The notes under the pieces were generated by a model. The model made no database searches, was not told where the DNA came from, and was given only the letters and a program-made list of their open reading frames with translations. DNA of 64,000 bases from Bacillota bacterium (lineage in GTDB: Bacteria > Bacillota > Bacilli > Paenibacillales > UBA4045): positions 31,088 to 95,087 of the forward strand of contig JAEZQY010000017.1 in assembly GCA_023441055.1 (NCBI GenBank), read 5' to 3'. The translations under genes and the position numbers were made by a program. Within the stretch, counting starts at the first letter, position 1; every line of letters starts with the position of its first letter. Of this stretch, positions 1-8,413 are shown piece after piece.

Positions 1-272
1 CCGCCGGTCTCGAATAGCAGATGGAATAAGAAGATGAAGAGCACCAGGAAGAGCAGCGGCTTCACTGCTCGCGCGTAGAGCACGAGTGAGATTCGGCTGC
101 TGTACATGACCGCCAGCGCGAACACAAGCAGCGCGGCGGCCGTCACATAGGAATCCACCAGGAAGACAGCGATTAGGAAGAGCGCCATGCCGATCGTCTT
201 CGAGCGCGGATCGAGTCGATGTATCCAAGAATCTCGTTCCACATACCGTCCAATTAAGAGCCGCTCTCTCAC
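1..272 (-). CDS. ecfT: ECF transporter transmembrane (T) component, N-terminal part only (gene runs off the left edge)
   Basis: Not in the ORF track. The minus strand from GTG at 272 (preceded by GGAGGTG) translates VRERLLIGRYVERDSWIHRLDPRSKTIGMALFLIAVFLV..., a typical EcfT N-terminus. It follows ecfA1-ecfA2. Confidence 0.8.
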   Translation of the reverse strand, partial: MRERLLIGRYVERDSWIHRLDPRSKTIGMALFLIAVFLVDSYVTAAALLVFALAVMYSSRISLVLYARAVKPLLFLVLFIFLFHLLFETG

Positions 273-291
273 CCTGCTTCACCTCCCAGTT

Positions 292-1203
292 TTAGAGCTT
301 ACTAATCCAATCTGCCAGCCCTTCGGCATCCAGATACCCCTCCGGCGCGCGCACACCCTGCTGATCGGCTATCGAATTAGCTAATCTAGCGCCTCGAGGG
401 GCGATAATACCCGCCTCCTCCAGCACATCCCCACGGCTGAGCAAGTCTACCTCATCCCCTTGGAATAATACCCTTCCCCTGCTGAGCACGACGAACTCAT
501 CGGCAACAGAGATGACCTCCTCCAAGCGATGCGTCACAAGAATCACGGTACGCCGCTGCTCCTCGCACAGCCTGTGGAGCATACGCATCAGCTCATCCCG
601 GCTGCGCGCATCCAGTGATGCCGTTGGCTCATCCAGCACGAGCACCTCCGGCTCCGAGGATAGCACGGAGGCGATCGCCGCCTTGCGCATCTGCCCGGAG
701 CTAAGCTCGAACGGGCTGCGCGCGAGCAGTTCGTCACCAAGCCCGACCATAACGGCTGCTCGCTTGGCTGCTGCGCGCGCTTCCTCCTGGCTCGCTCCGA
801 AATTTAAGGGACCGAAGCATAGCTCTTGCTCCACAGTTGCTTCAAACAGCTGGTGCTCAGGGAATTGGAACACCAGTCCCACACGCTTGCGCAGTCCCTC
901 CGGTACTTGACTTACTGCAAGGCGCTTCCGCCGTTCGCGCTTGCTCATGCGCTTCGTTGACGATTCACCGAGCTCAGTCGCAACTGACTGCAGCTCGTAA
1001 TCCAGAATCTGCACGCACCCCTCATCTGCCTTCAAGAGTCCGTTGAGCAGCTGCAGCAGTGTCGATTTACCTGAGCCTGGCGCGCCCAGCACCGCGATGA
1101 AGCGCTGCTCCTTCAGCTGCAGATTAAGCGCGTCCAGCGCTAATGCCGGCTCGCTTCGTCCGTCCTGATAGCTGTAGGTGACTTGCTCGAATGATATGTC
1201 CAT
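292..1203 (-). CDS. ecfA2: ECF transporter ATPase subunit A2 (EcfA')
   Basis: 303-aa ORF with Walker A GAPGSGKST, signature LSSGQMRK and Walker B VLVLDEPT. N-terminus MDISFEQVTYSY is EcfA'-like. Confidence 0.85.
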   Translation of the reverse strand: MDISFEQVTYSYQDGRSEPALALDALNLQLKEQRFIAVLGAPGSGKSTLLQLLNGLLKADEGCVQILDYELQSVATELGESSTKRMSKRERRKRLAVSQVPEGLRKRVGLVFQFPEHQLFEATVEQELCFGPLNFGASQEEARAAAKRAAVMVGLGDELLARSPFELSSGQMRKAAIASVLSSEPEVLVLDEPTASLDARSRDELMRMLHRLCEEQRRTVILVTHRLEEVISVADEFVVLSRGRVLFQGDEVDLLSRGDVLEEAGIIAPRGARLANSIADQQGVRAPEGYLDAEGLADWISKL

Positions 1204-2036
1204 AGCGCGCTTAGCACCTCCTCCTCGCGGATATGCTCACCAATATCGATGCCTCTTCGCTGCAGCGCTCTGCATAGCTGCAGAGGGAACGGCTGCTGCA
1301 TGCGGCATAGCTCGAGCAGCTCGTCATCTCGGAGCAGGTCATCCGGGCTGCCATCGGCCAAGATGCCCCCGTCGGCCACTACCAGCATGCGATCTGCCGC
1401 CGCAACCTCATCCGCGTCATGCGAGATCGATATCAGCGTATAGCGGCCGCTGTCCTTCATCTCGCGCATCAGCGTCAGCATCTCCAGCTTCGATCGTTCA
1501 TCGAGCATGGACATCGCCTCATCGAAGATGACAATACGCGGCTCCATCGCCAGGACAGAAGCAATCGCAACGCGCTGCTTCTGTCCGCCGGATAAGCTGG
1601 AGGGATGTCTGTCCAGCCATCCCTCCACGCGCAGCAATCGCGAATACTCGGCAATGCGTTGCCGCATCGTCTCGCGATTCATGTTTATATTTTCCAAGCC
1701 GAATGCCAGATCATCCTCCACGCTCAGACCGACGAACTGATCCTCAGGGCTCGCGAACACCATGCCGACCATCCGCCTAATCGCCCACACAGACTCCCGA
1801 TCCAGAACAGTCCCTGCAATCTCGATTCGTCCCGAAGTCGCAGGAAGCAGTCCGTTCATCAGCTTGACCAGCGTAGACTTGCCGGATCCGTTAGGCCCAG
1901 TCACGCATACCCATTGACCTGAGGGAATCGTCAAGGACACGTCCGAGAGGATCGGGCGCTCCACCCGGCTGCGGGAATAACTGACCTGTTCCATATGTAC
2001 AGCTACAGCGGTCTCTGGTACTTGTTCTGGCAGCAT
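1140..2036 (-). CDS. ecfA1: ECF transporter ATPase subunit A1
   Basis: 298-aa ORF with Walker A GPNGSGKST, signature LSGGQKQR and Walker B IVIFDEA. Its 3' end overlaps the ecfA2 start by 64 nt. The true start may be the internal MEQVSYS. Confidence 0.85.
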   Translation of the reverse strand: MLPEQVPETAVAVHMEQVSYSRSRVERPILSDVSLTIPSGQWVCVTGPNGSGKSTLVKLMNGLLPATSGRIEIAGTVLDRESVWAIRRMVGMVFASPEDQFVGLSVEDDLAFGLENINMNRETMRQRIAEYSRLLRVEGWLDRHPSSLSGGQKQRVAIASVLAMEPRIVIFDEAMSMLDERSKLEMLTLMREMKDSGRYTLISISHDADEVAAADRMLVVADGGILADGSPDDLLRDDELLELCRMQQPFPLQLCRALQRRGIDIGEHIREEEVLSALWTYHSSKSPTAIRTDEASRH

Positions 2037-2052
2037 CGATCATCCCTCCCTC

Positions 2053-2601
2053 TTATCGACCTGTAGGCTTTAATCCCTCGAATACGCGCAGCCGCTCCAG
2101 TGAAGCGATCAGATGCTTCGCGGCCAGACCGACGAAGATACCCGTTACCACCCCAGCAACCAGCAGGAACGGCAAATAATAATAGATACGCGTCGTACCC
2201 AGCACGATCGAGGCGGCAGTCAGCTGGCCTAGATTATGACCGACTCCACCCAGTATGCTGACACTAATCAGACTGAATTCGTCGCGGGCATAGCGCAGCA
2301 TGACGAACATGATGACGAAGCTGCCCAGCGCGCCAAGTATACTGAAGAGAAACGTGGAGAAACTGCCTAATAAGAACGCGGTCAATAGCGTCTTAATCAC
2401 GATCAACCACAGGGCGTCCTTCCCGCCGAACAGCCACAGACAGGTCAGCACAAGAATATTGCCGAGGCCCAGCTTCGCGCCAGGAATCGTAACCGCCAGC
2501 GGAATGAGCGTTTCCAGAATGCCCAGCACCGTGGCCAACGCGGCGAAGATTGAGATCACGATCAGCTTGCGCAGCGCCTGTGGATCATGAGACAATCGCA
2601 T
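2053..2601 (-). CDS. Gx transporter family membrane protein (PF07456-like, often mis-named heptaprenyl diphosphate synthase component I)
   Basis: ORF 2053-2676 trimmed to ATG 2601 (RBS AAGGAGAG). Multi-TM protein with glycine motifs LGLGNILV and GGVGHNLGQL. Overlaps the upstream gene by 17 nt. Confidence 0.7.
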   Translation of the reverse strand: MRLSHDPQALRKLIVISIFAALATVLGILETLIPLAVTIPGAKLGLGNILVLTCLWLFGGKDALWLIVIKTLLTAFLLGSFSTFLFSILGALGSFVIMFVMLRYARDEFSLISVSILGGVGHNLGQLTAASIVLGTTRIYYYLPFLLVAGVVTGIFVGLAAKHLIASLERLRVFEGLKPTGR

Positions 2602-2965
2602 CGAGACCCTCTCCTTCGTCACTGTCATCGATAATCTCCACGAATACACGGTTTGGCAGACAGACGATCGTCTCATTGCCGCGATGAATATGCCCGAAGG
2701 TCAGACACAGCTGATCTGGACAATCCGCCTCGATCATCTCGATGCCGCCATGCGACACACGCAGAATATTGAGCCCCCGCTTGGTCTGAATTTCGATCTG
2801 TTGAACCTCATCGGTCAGCGCAATCGTGTCATAATGCTCGCCATCGACCATAATCTTGGCATAGGCGCCTTCTGAAGCTGTCTTGTCGTCCGTGAAGAGA
2901 GGAATCGTGAACCATGCAACAGCTACAACCAACAGCACGATAAGTGCGATATCTCCTCGCTTCAT
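2585..2965 (-). CDS. NusG domain II-containing (DUF1312-like) membrane-anchored protein
   Basis: ORF trimmed to ATG 2965 (MKRGDIALIVLLVVAVAWF anchor). Carries CPDQLC ... IVCLPNRVFVEI, the pattern I associate with standalone NusG-II proteins. Confidence 0.65.
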   Translation of the reverse strand: MKRGDIALIVLLVVAVAWFTIPLFTDDKTASEGAYAKIMVDGEHYDTIALTDEVQQIEIQTKRGLNILRVSHGGIEMIEADCPDQLCLTFGHIHRGNETIVCLPNRVFVEIIDDSDEGEGLDAIVS

Positions 2966-3123
2966 ATGCAGCATCTCCCTGTCTGATTCAATCCGAGCTT
3001 TGATTCAATTATCCTTCGAGACTCGTTGGGTCAATATGACATTAATCACACTTAGCAGCCGTAAGGTGTAGTACATTGAAATTAAATTCACAAACTTTCA
3101 TCACGCCTACAGGAGAGAGGAAT

Positions 3124-4200
3124 ATGTTACATCTACTATTATACAAAATGAAACGCATACGGGTAGTCTCTCTGGTCCCTATTGTTGGGATGATCGTCTT
3201 GCTCACGGCATGCTCGAGCGCTGGCAGCGCCGACCACAGCATCGCCAAGCCGATCTCGGACAGCACCTTCATATTCGATACGATCGTCAGCGTTCGCGTC
3301 TACGATGATCGAATGTCCGAACAGCACTTCAGTGAAATTCGCGGCATACTCGAGGGGATCGATGAGCGGATGAATCGTCACCTTACAGGCAGCGAGATTG
3401 ATCTGGCTGCGCGGCAAGCCGGTCAACAGCCGGTTCAGGTATCTGCAGATACCTTTAAGGTGGTCCGCGCCGCGCTCGCTTATGCGGACACTTCACAGGG
3501 CGTATTCGATCCGACCGTCGGTCCGCTCGTCGACCTCTGGGGGATCGGCACCGATTCTGCGGCGATCCCGCCAGAGCATGAACTGGCTGCCGCGCTCGAG
3601 CTGGTCAATTACCAGGATGTCGAGCTGAATGAAGACCGATCTACGATTATGCTCACCCGGCCCGGGATGATCCTCGATCTAGGCGCGATCGCCAAGGGGT
3701 ATGCCGCTGACGTAGTTAAGGATTACTTGCAGGAGCGGGGCTTCAAGAGCGCCATCATCGACCTAGGCGGCAATATAATCGCGATGGGGGATAAACCGGG
3801 CGGGCTCGCATGGTCGATAGGCATCCAGGATCCTTCCGAGAATCGCGGCGAGCATCTGGGTATTCTGAAGGTCAGCGATAAGACGATCGTTACCTCAGGG
3901 ATTTACGAACGGTTCTTCAGAGAGAACGACAAGGTGTATCATCATATTCTGGATACCGATTCCGGGTACCCGGTCTGGAATGATCTACTCAGCGTATCGA
4001 TCATTACAGATACCTCTATGGATGCGGATGCGATGTCCACTACGACCTTCGCGCTCGGTCTGGAGGCCGGTATGGCTTATATCGAGGCGTTAGAGCATGC
4101 GGAGGCGATCTTCGTCACCACGGATAAGCAGATTCATCTCACCTCCGGCATGCAAGGGCAGTTCGAGCTGACGAATGGCGGCTATCAGTATGCCGATTAG
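3124..4200 (+). CDS. apbE: FAD:protein FMN transferase (ApbE family) lipoprotein
   Basis: Lipobox ...IVLLTAC. ApbE motifs DPTVGPLVDLWG and LGAIAKGYAAD. RBS AGGAGAGAGG before ATG 3124, with an alternative start at 3148 (MKRIR). Confidence 0.85.
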   Translation: MLHLLLYKMKRIRVVSLVPIVGMIVLLTACSSAGSADHSIAKPISDSTFIFDTIVSVRVYDDRMSEQHFSEIRGILEGIDERMNRHLTGSEIDLAARQAGQQPVQVSADTFKVVRAALAYADTSQGVFDPTVGPLVDLWGIGTDSAAIPPEHELAAALELVNYQDVELNEDRSTIMLTRPGMILDLGAIAKGYAADVVKDYLQERGFKSAIIDLGGNIIAMGDKPGGLAWSIGIQDPSENRGEHLGILKVSDKTIVTSGIYERFFRENDKVYHHILDTDSGYPVWNDLLSVSIITDTSMDADAMSTTTFALGLEAGMAYIEALEHAEAIFVTTDKQIHLTSGMQGQFELTNGGYQYAD

Positions 4201-4217
4201 CCGCCGGCTCATGACAG

Positions 4218-4265
4218 AAACCCTGATTCGGGCACACTCGCGCGCACCGAATCAGGGTTTTCGTT
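4218..4265. terminator. Bidirectional stem-loop between convergent apbE and ldh
   Basis: AAACCCTGATTCGG (4218-4231) pairs with CCGAATCAGGGTTT (4247-4260), followed by a T-run. Confidence 0.6.
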
Positions 4266-4276
4266 ATCCGATCCAT

Positions 4277-5197
4277 CTAGATCGATATGGATTGAATCAA
4301 GCCCTTCAGCTTATCTGAGGAAGCATGGAGCTTGCGCTTCTCCTCCTCAGTAATCGTAATATCCATCACTTCGCGTACACCTGTGCGATCCACGACACAT
4401 GGCACGCCAAGGTACACATCGCTCACACCATGATAATCCTGCAGCAGGGTCGAGACGTTCAGCACGGCACCTTCATTGCGCAGAATAGCCGTACAGATCC
4501 GATCCAGCGCGAGGGCGATCGCATAATAGGTCGCTCCCTTCGCTTCTATGATCTGATAAGCGGCATCCCTCGTATTCACGAAGATCTCTTCCTTGTCCGC
4601 ATCGCTCAGCGACAGCTCCGAGCCTGCAATATTCGCCAGACTCCATAGCGGCAGCTCGGAATCCCCATGCTCACCTACGATATGCGCATGCACGCTGCGC
4701 GAATCCACATTCAGCTTCTGGCCAATCAGATAACGGAATCTGGCGCTGTCCAGCAGCGTGCCAGATCCGATTACGCGATTCACTGGCCAGCCAGACTTCT
4801 TCAGCGTGAAGTAGCTCATAATGTCCACCGGGTTCGACGCAATGAGCAGAATACCATGATCATTGTACTTGAGTACTTCCGTTGTAATGCTCTCGAAGAT
4901 CGCCACATTGCGCTTCAGCAGATCTACGCGGGATTCACCGGGCCGCTGTGCTGCGCCAGCCGTAATGATGATGATATCCGCGTCCCTGCAATCCTCGTAT
5001 GTACCCGCCCACACATGCGCCCGGCCAAGGAAGGGCAGACCATGATTCATATCGAGCGCGTCTCCCACAGCCTTGCCTTGATTGGCGTCGATCAGCACAA
5101 GCTCATCCATCCGTTCGCGTAATAACAACGTATATGCGGTAGTCGAGCCAACGGCCCCTACCCCGATTACTACAATTCTCGATTTTTTGGGTTTCAA
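4277..5197 (-). CDS. ldh: L-lactate dehydrogenase
   Basis: 306 aa. NAD fold VVIGVGAVGS, plus NPVDIMSY, GSGTLLDSARFR and IVGEHGDSELPLWS. Apparent TTG start. Confidence 0.9.
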   Translation of the reverse strand: MKPKKSRIVVIGVGAVGSTTAYTLLLRERMDELVLIDANQGKAVGDALDMNHGLPFLGRAHVWAGTYEDCRDADIIIITAGAAQRPGESRVDLLKRNVAIFESITTEVLKYNDHGILLIASNPVDIMSYFTLKKSGWPVNRVIGSGTLLDSARFRYLIGQKLNVDSRSVHAHIVGEHGDSELPLWSLANIAGSELSLSDADKEEIFVNTRDAAYQIIEAKGATYYAIALALDRICTAILRNEGAVLNVSTLLQDYHGVSDVYLGVPCVVDRTGVREVMDITITEEEKRKLHASSDKLKGLIQSISI

Positions 5198-5224
5198 TGC
5201 CTTCTACTCCCTCTCGTGCACAAA

Positions 5225-6022
5225 TTAGTTAGACTGGGAATCATCTCCATGACGATTCAGATAATAGTATACCATAGCCATTAAGACACCGCCGCCAATC
5301 AGATTGCCCAGCGTCACCGGAATCAGATTATGGAATACACCGTTCCAGGAGATCGTCCCTGGGTGATCTAATACAAGCGCAATTGCAAAGGTACATAAGT
5401 TGGCGATACTGTGCTCATACCCCGATATGAAGAAGCAGAATACGAACAGCATCATCGCGAACATCTTCGCCATATCGCCCTTCATCGTCATGGGCACGAA
5501 GAATGCGAGGCAGACGAGCCAGTTACAGAGAATCCCCCGGTAGAACAGCTCCAGCATCGAATCATTCATCTTCTTATCGACCACGCTGAGCAAGAACCCG
5601 TTGACATTGTTGTCATCGAACAAGCCTGTCGCCAGAATGAGCAGCGCGAACACCGCGGCCCCTATAATATTGCCTGCATAACTGGACAACCATACCTTCA
5701 ACGCATCTCTCCATCGGATCTTCTTCTTAAGCGCAGTGTAGGTAAAATAAAACGTATTCCCTGTGAAGAGGTCTCCACCTCCATAGGAAATCAAGATGAT
5801 CGCCGCGCCGAACGTCATCGCCGCCATCGGATACGTAAAGGGCGATTGCTCCAGGTAGAAGAAGCTGCCTGTCTTGAACGCTACGATGACCCCGAAGCCA
5901 ATGAACATGCTCGCTAAGGCGGAGCGAATCAGAAACTCCAGTTTATTGCGTTTGAATATACGAAACTTCTTAAGGGCGAGCTTCTCGACTTGCTCTAACG
6001 CTTCTGTTTCCACGACCTGCAC
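5225..6022 (-). CDS. Formate/nitrite transporter (FNT) family channel
   Basis: 265 aa, six TM-like segments, with FNT motifs GGDLFTGN and ISGYEHSIAN. GTG start is uncertain. Sits 27 nt upstream of ldh on the same strand. Confidence 0.8.
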   Translation of the reverse strand: MQVVETEALEQVEKLALKKFRIFKRNKLEFLIRSALASMFIGFGVIVAFKTGSFFYLEQSPFTYPMAAMTFGAAIILISYGGGDLFTGNTFYFTYTALKKKIRWRDALKVWLSSYAGNIIGAAVFALLILATGLFDDNNVNGFLLSVVDKKMNDSMLELFYRGILCNWLVCLAFFVPMTMKGDMAKMFAMMLFVFCFFISGYEHSIANLCTFAIALVLDHPGTISWNGVFHNLIPVTLGNLIGGGVLMAMVYYYLNRHGDDSQSN

Positions 6023-6195
6023 CTGCTTTATCTAATGTTTATAAGGATGCCCTTTCCCAGTATAACTAGACGCGATATCGTGTTACAAGCTTATATAGTG
6101 ATTATCCTGTTTTTCATTTGATTATCTTTCCAAGAATAGAGGAGAAACACGATATTTGTCGAAATATATATGGAACTGCTGAGCGAGGTGACCCG

Positions 6196-8403
6196 ATGAA
6201 CACGAGACAATCAAATCAGCGCTTCACAATCGGCCTGTTGTCCGAGAATTCCAGCTTTCCAACCGAATCACTGATCGCTGAAGGAGTCATGCGCGCAGCG
6301 GAAGAATACGATGCGAACGTGGTCTACCTATGCGACCTGGCCTTATCCACACAGAATAACTATGACCAGCTCCAACGATACATTGAACAGTTTGAAATTG
6401 ACGGTCTCCTCGCCATCGGATGGTCTAAGGATGTTCAGAGTGATCAAGCTGCTTCCTTCCACGCGAGCACGGACGCCATTCCAGTCGTCTCTTTGGGACG
6501 CGACATTAAGCGTTACCCCTATAACCGTGTCAGCGGATACGACTATATTAAGGAGCTTACACGGCATCTAATACATGATCATCATCGTAAGCATATTGCC
6601 TATATCCGATTACTAGGGCGAGACGATCGCCAGGACGGATACATCCAAGCTATGGAGGAAGCTGGACTTCCTTATCAGGACTTGATTATTACCGCTGAGC
6701 AGATGACCGGCGTCTCGGATTTTCTTCAGCAACTGGAGCGCGCGCTTGATATCTTATTCGATCCGTCCCGCACCGCGCCTGATGCAATCATTACATTAGG
6801 TGCCATTGATGGTCAAATGATACTCGAGTTACTGCACAACCGCGGCCTCCATGTGCCCGATGATATTAGTGTGGTGTGTTATGAAGATAATGAGTCGTTG
6901 GAATATCTCAACCCGCCCCTCACAACTATTCACTATCCGTTTCATGAACTGGGCTATCTGGGCGCGCAGCAGCTGTTACGTCAACTGACAGGCCAGCCCT
7001 TCGAATGGGAGGTTGTCGTGCCTACCCATATCATCTTTCGGAACTCATGCGGGTGCAGTGAATGGACAAGACTGAATAGAAGCTTGGAGCTGAATGCCGG
7101 AAGCATCGGGAGCCCGACTATGAGGGGCAGCGCAGAGCAGATCGCAGCGACCATGTTAGCCGCCTACCCGGATTATGCAATCCCCTATCAGGATATCATC
7201 GATTCCTTCTTGGAAGCGGTCAATACAGAGCGCAGCAGTGTCTTCCTGACGGCGCTCAGACAAGCGCTATTGCCTATCGAACAAGAGCAAGAGATCGATG
7301 ATCTGCAAGGCCAGATCGATCTACTGCGCATGCTGCTGAAGACACTGATCGCGCATGATGAGCAATTAGTGAAGCGAGCGGATGAACTCTGGTTCTCGGC
7401 CCGCTATATCATCGAACTATCCAGTCAACAGGGCATGGTGCGTAAGTTGCTAGCAAAGGTTAAATTGAATGAGGATTTCAAGTATATCAGTATGAATTTA
7501 TTATCTGCCTACAATCTTCCTAAAATTATCAATCTAATTAATGATTATTGTGGTTGGCTCCAAATCCCCAGCCACTATCTATTCCGTAACAATCAAGGAC
7601 GCGAGGAGTTGATCTTCAGCAGTCAGCAATACCAGAATCGCACGCAGGACATCAAGCCCAACGCTGATCTGCGTACCGCCTTCCAGTTCTATAAGAATAC
7701 GGAGAATGGCCGATTCTCTCTGGCGGCGATGCCCCTGTGGATTAACAACGAACAGATCGGCTTCAATTGGATGGATCCCGGCACCACCCCCGCGAGTACG
7801 TTGATTACATTCAGCAATCTGATCAAAACTGCGCTGAAAGGTGTCATGTTGCTGGAAGAGTCCCAGGCGCTCGCGGACACCGATGCGCTGACCGGGCTGT
7901 TCAATAGAAGATACTTCTATCAGGCCATTCAGAATCGCATTCAGAGGAATCGTCCATTCTCATTGTTCTTCTTCGACATTGACGGTTTCAAGCTGGTCAA
8001 TGATCAACATGGACACCACATTGGCGATATGCTGTTATCACGTATTGCTCAGAGAATCTCCTGCATTCTGGATCTTGAACCGTCATCCAGGCATTATGCC
8101 GAGGATCCGAACACCATGGGCAGCATCATATTCCGACTCGGCGGCGATGAGTTTACCGCGATGATCGATGAGGTTGATCCTAGTGTCGCGGCACAGTATG
8201 CTGGGCATTTAGTAGCGGATCTTAAAGCGCCTTATGAGATCCTAGATCAGGAGATTCACATCACCTGCTCGATCGGAATCGCGCAATTCCCGCTCGACAG
8301 CATGGATGCCTCAGAACTGCTCAAGTTGGCGGATACCGCTATGTACAAAGCCAAGTCACATAAGAACACCTATTTCTTCTACAGCGATATGGAGCAAGCC
8401 TGA
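6196..8403 (+). CDS. Cytoplasmic sugar-binding (LacI/PBP type-1 ligand domain, no HTH) - unknown middle region - GGDEF diguanylate cyclase
   Basis: ORF 6118-8403 trimmed to ATG 6196 (RBS GAGGTGA). The N-terminal ~300 aa resemble a LacI-family effector domain (PDDISVVCYED, LTTIHYPF). The C-terminus has LTGLFNRRYF ... RLGGDEFTAM. Confidence 0.75.
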   Translation: MNTRQSNQRFTIGLLSENSSFPTESLIAEGVMRAAEEYDANVVYLCDLALSTQNNYDQLQRYIEQFEIDGLLAIGWSKDVQSDQAASFHASTDAIPVVSLGRDIKRYPYNRVSGYDYIKELTRHLIHDHHRKHIAYIRLLGRDDRQDGYIQAMEEAGLPYQDLIITAEQMTGVSDFLQQLERALDILFDPSRTAPDAIITLGAIDGQMILELLHNRGLHVPDDISVVCYEDNESLEYLNPPLTTIHYPFHELGYLGAQQLLRQLTGQPFEWEVVVPTHIIFRNSCGCSEWTRLNRSLELNAGSIGSPTMRGSAEQIAATMLAAYPDYAIPYQDIIDSFLEAVNTERSSVFLTALRQALLPIEQEQEIDDLQGQIDLLRMLLKTLIAHDEQLVKRADELWFSARYIIELSSQQGMVRKLLAKVKLNEDFKYISMNLLSAYNLPKIINLINDYCGWLQIPSHYLFRNNQGREELIFSSQQYQNRTQDIKPNADLRTAFQFYKNTENGRFSLAAMPLWINNEQIGFNWMDPGTTPASTLITFSNLIKTALKGVMLLEESQALADTDALTGLFNRRYFYQAIQNRIQRNRPFSLFFFDIDGFKLVNDQHGHHIGDMLLSRIAQRISCILDLEPSSRHYAEDPNTMGSIIFRLGGDEFTAMIDEVDPSVAAQYAGHLVADLKAPYEILDQEIHITCSIGIAQFPLDSMDASELLKLADTAMYKAKSHKNTYFFYSDMEQA

Positions 8404-8413
8404 CCAACGAAGG

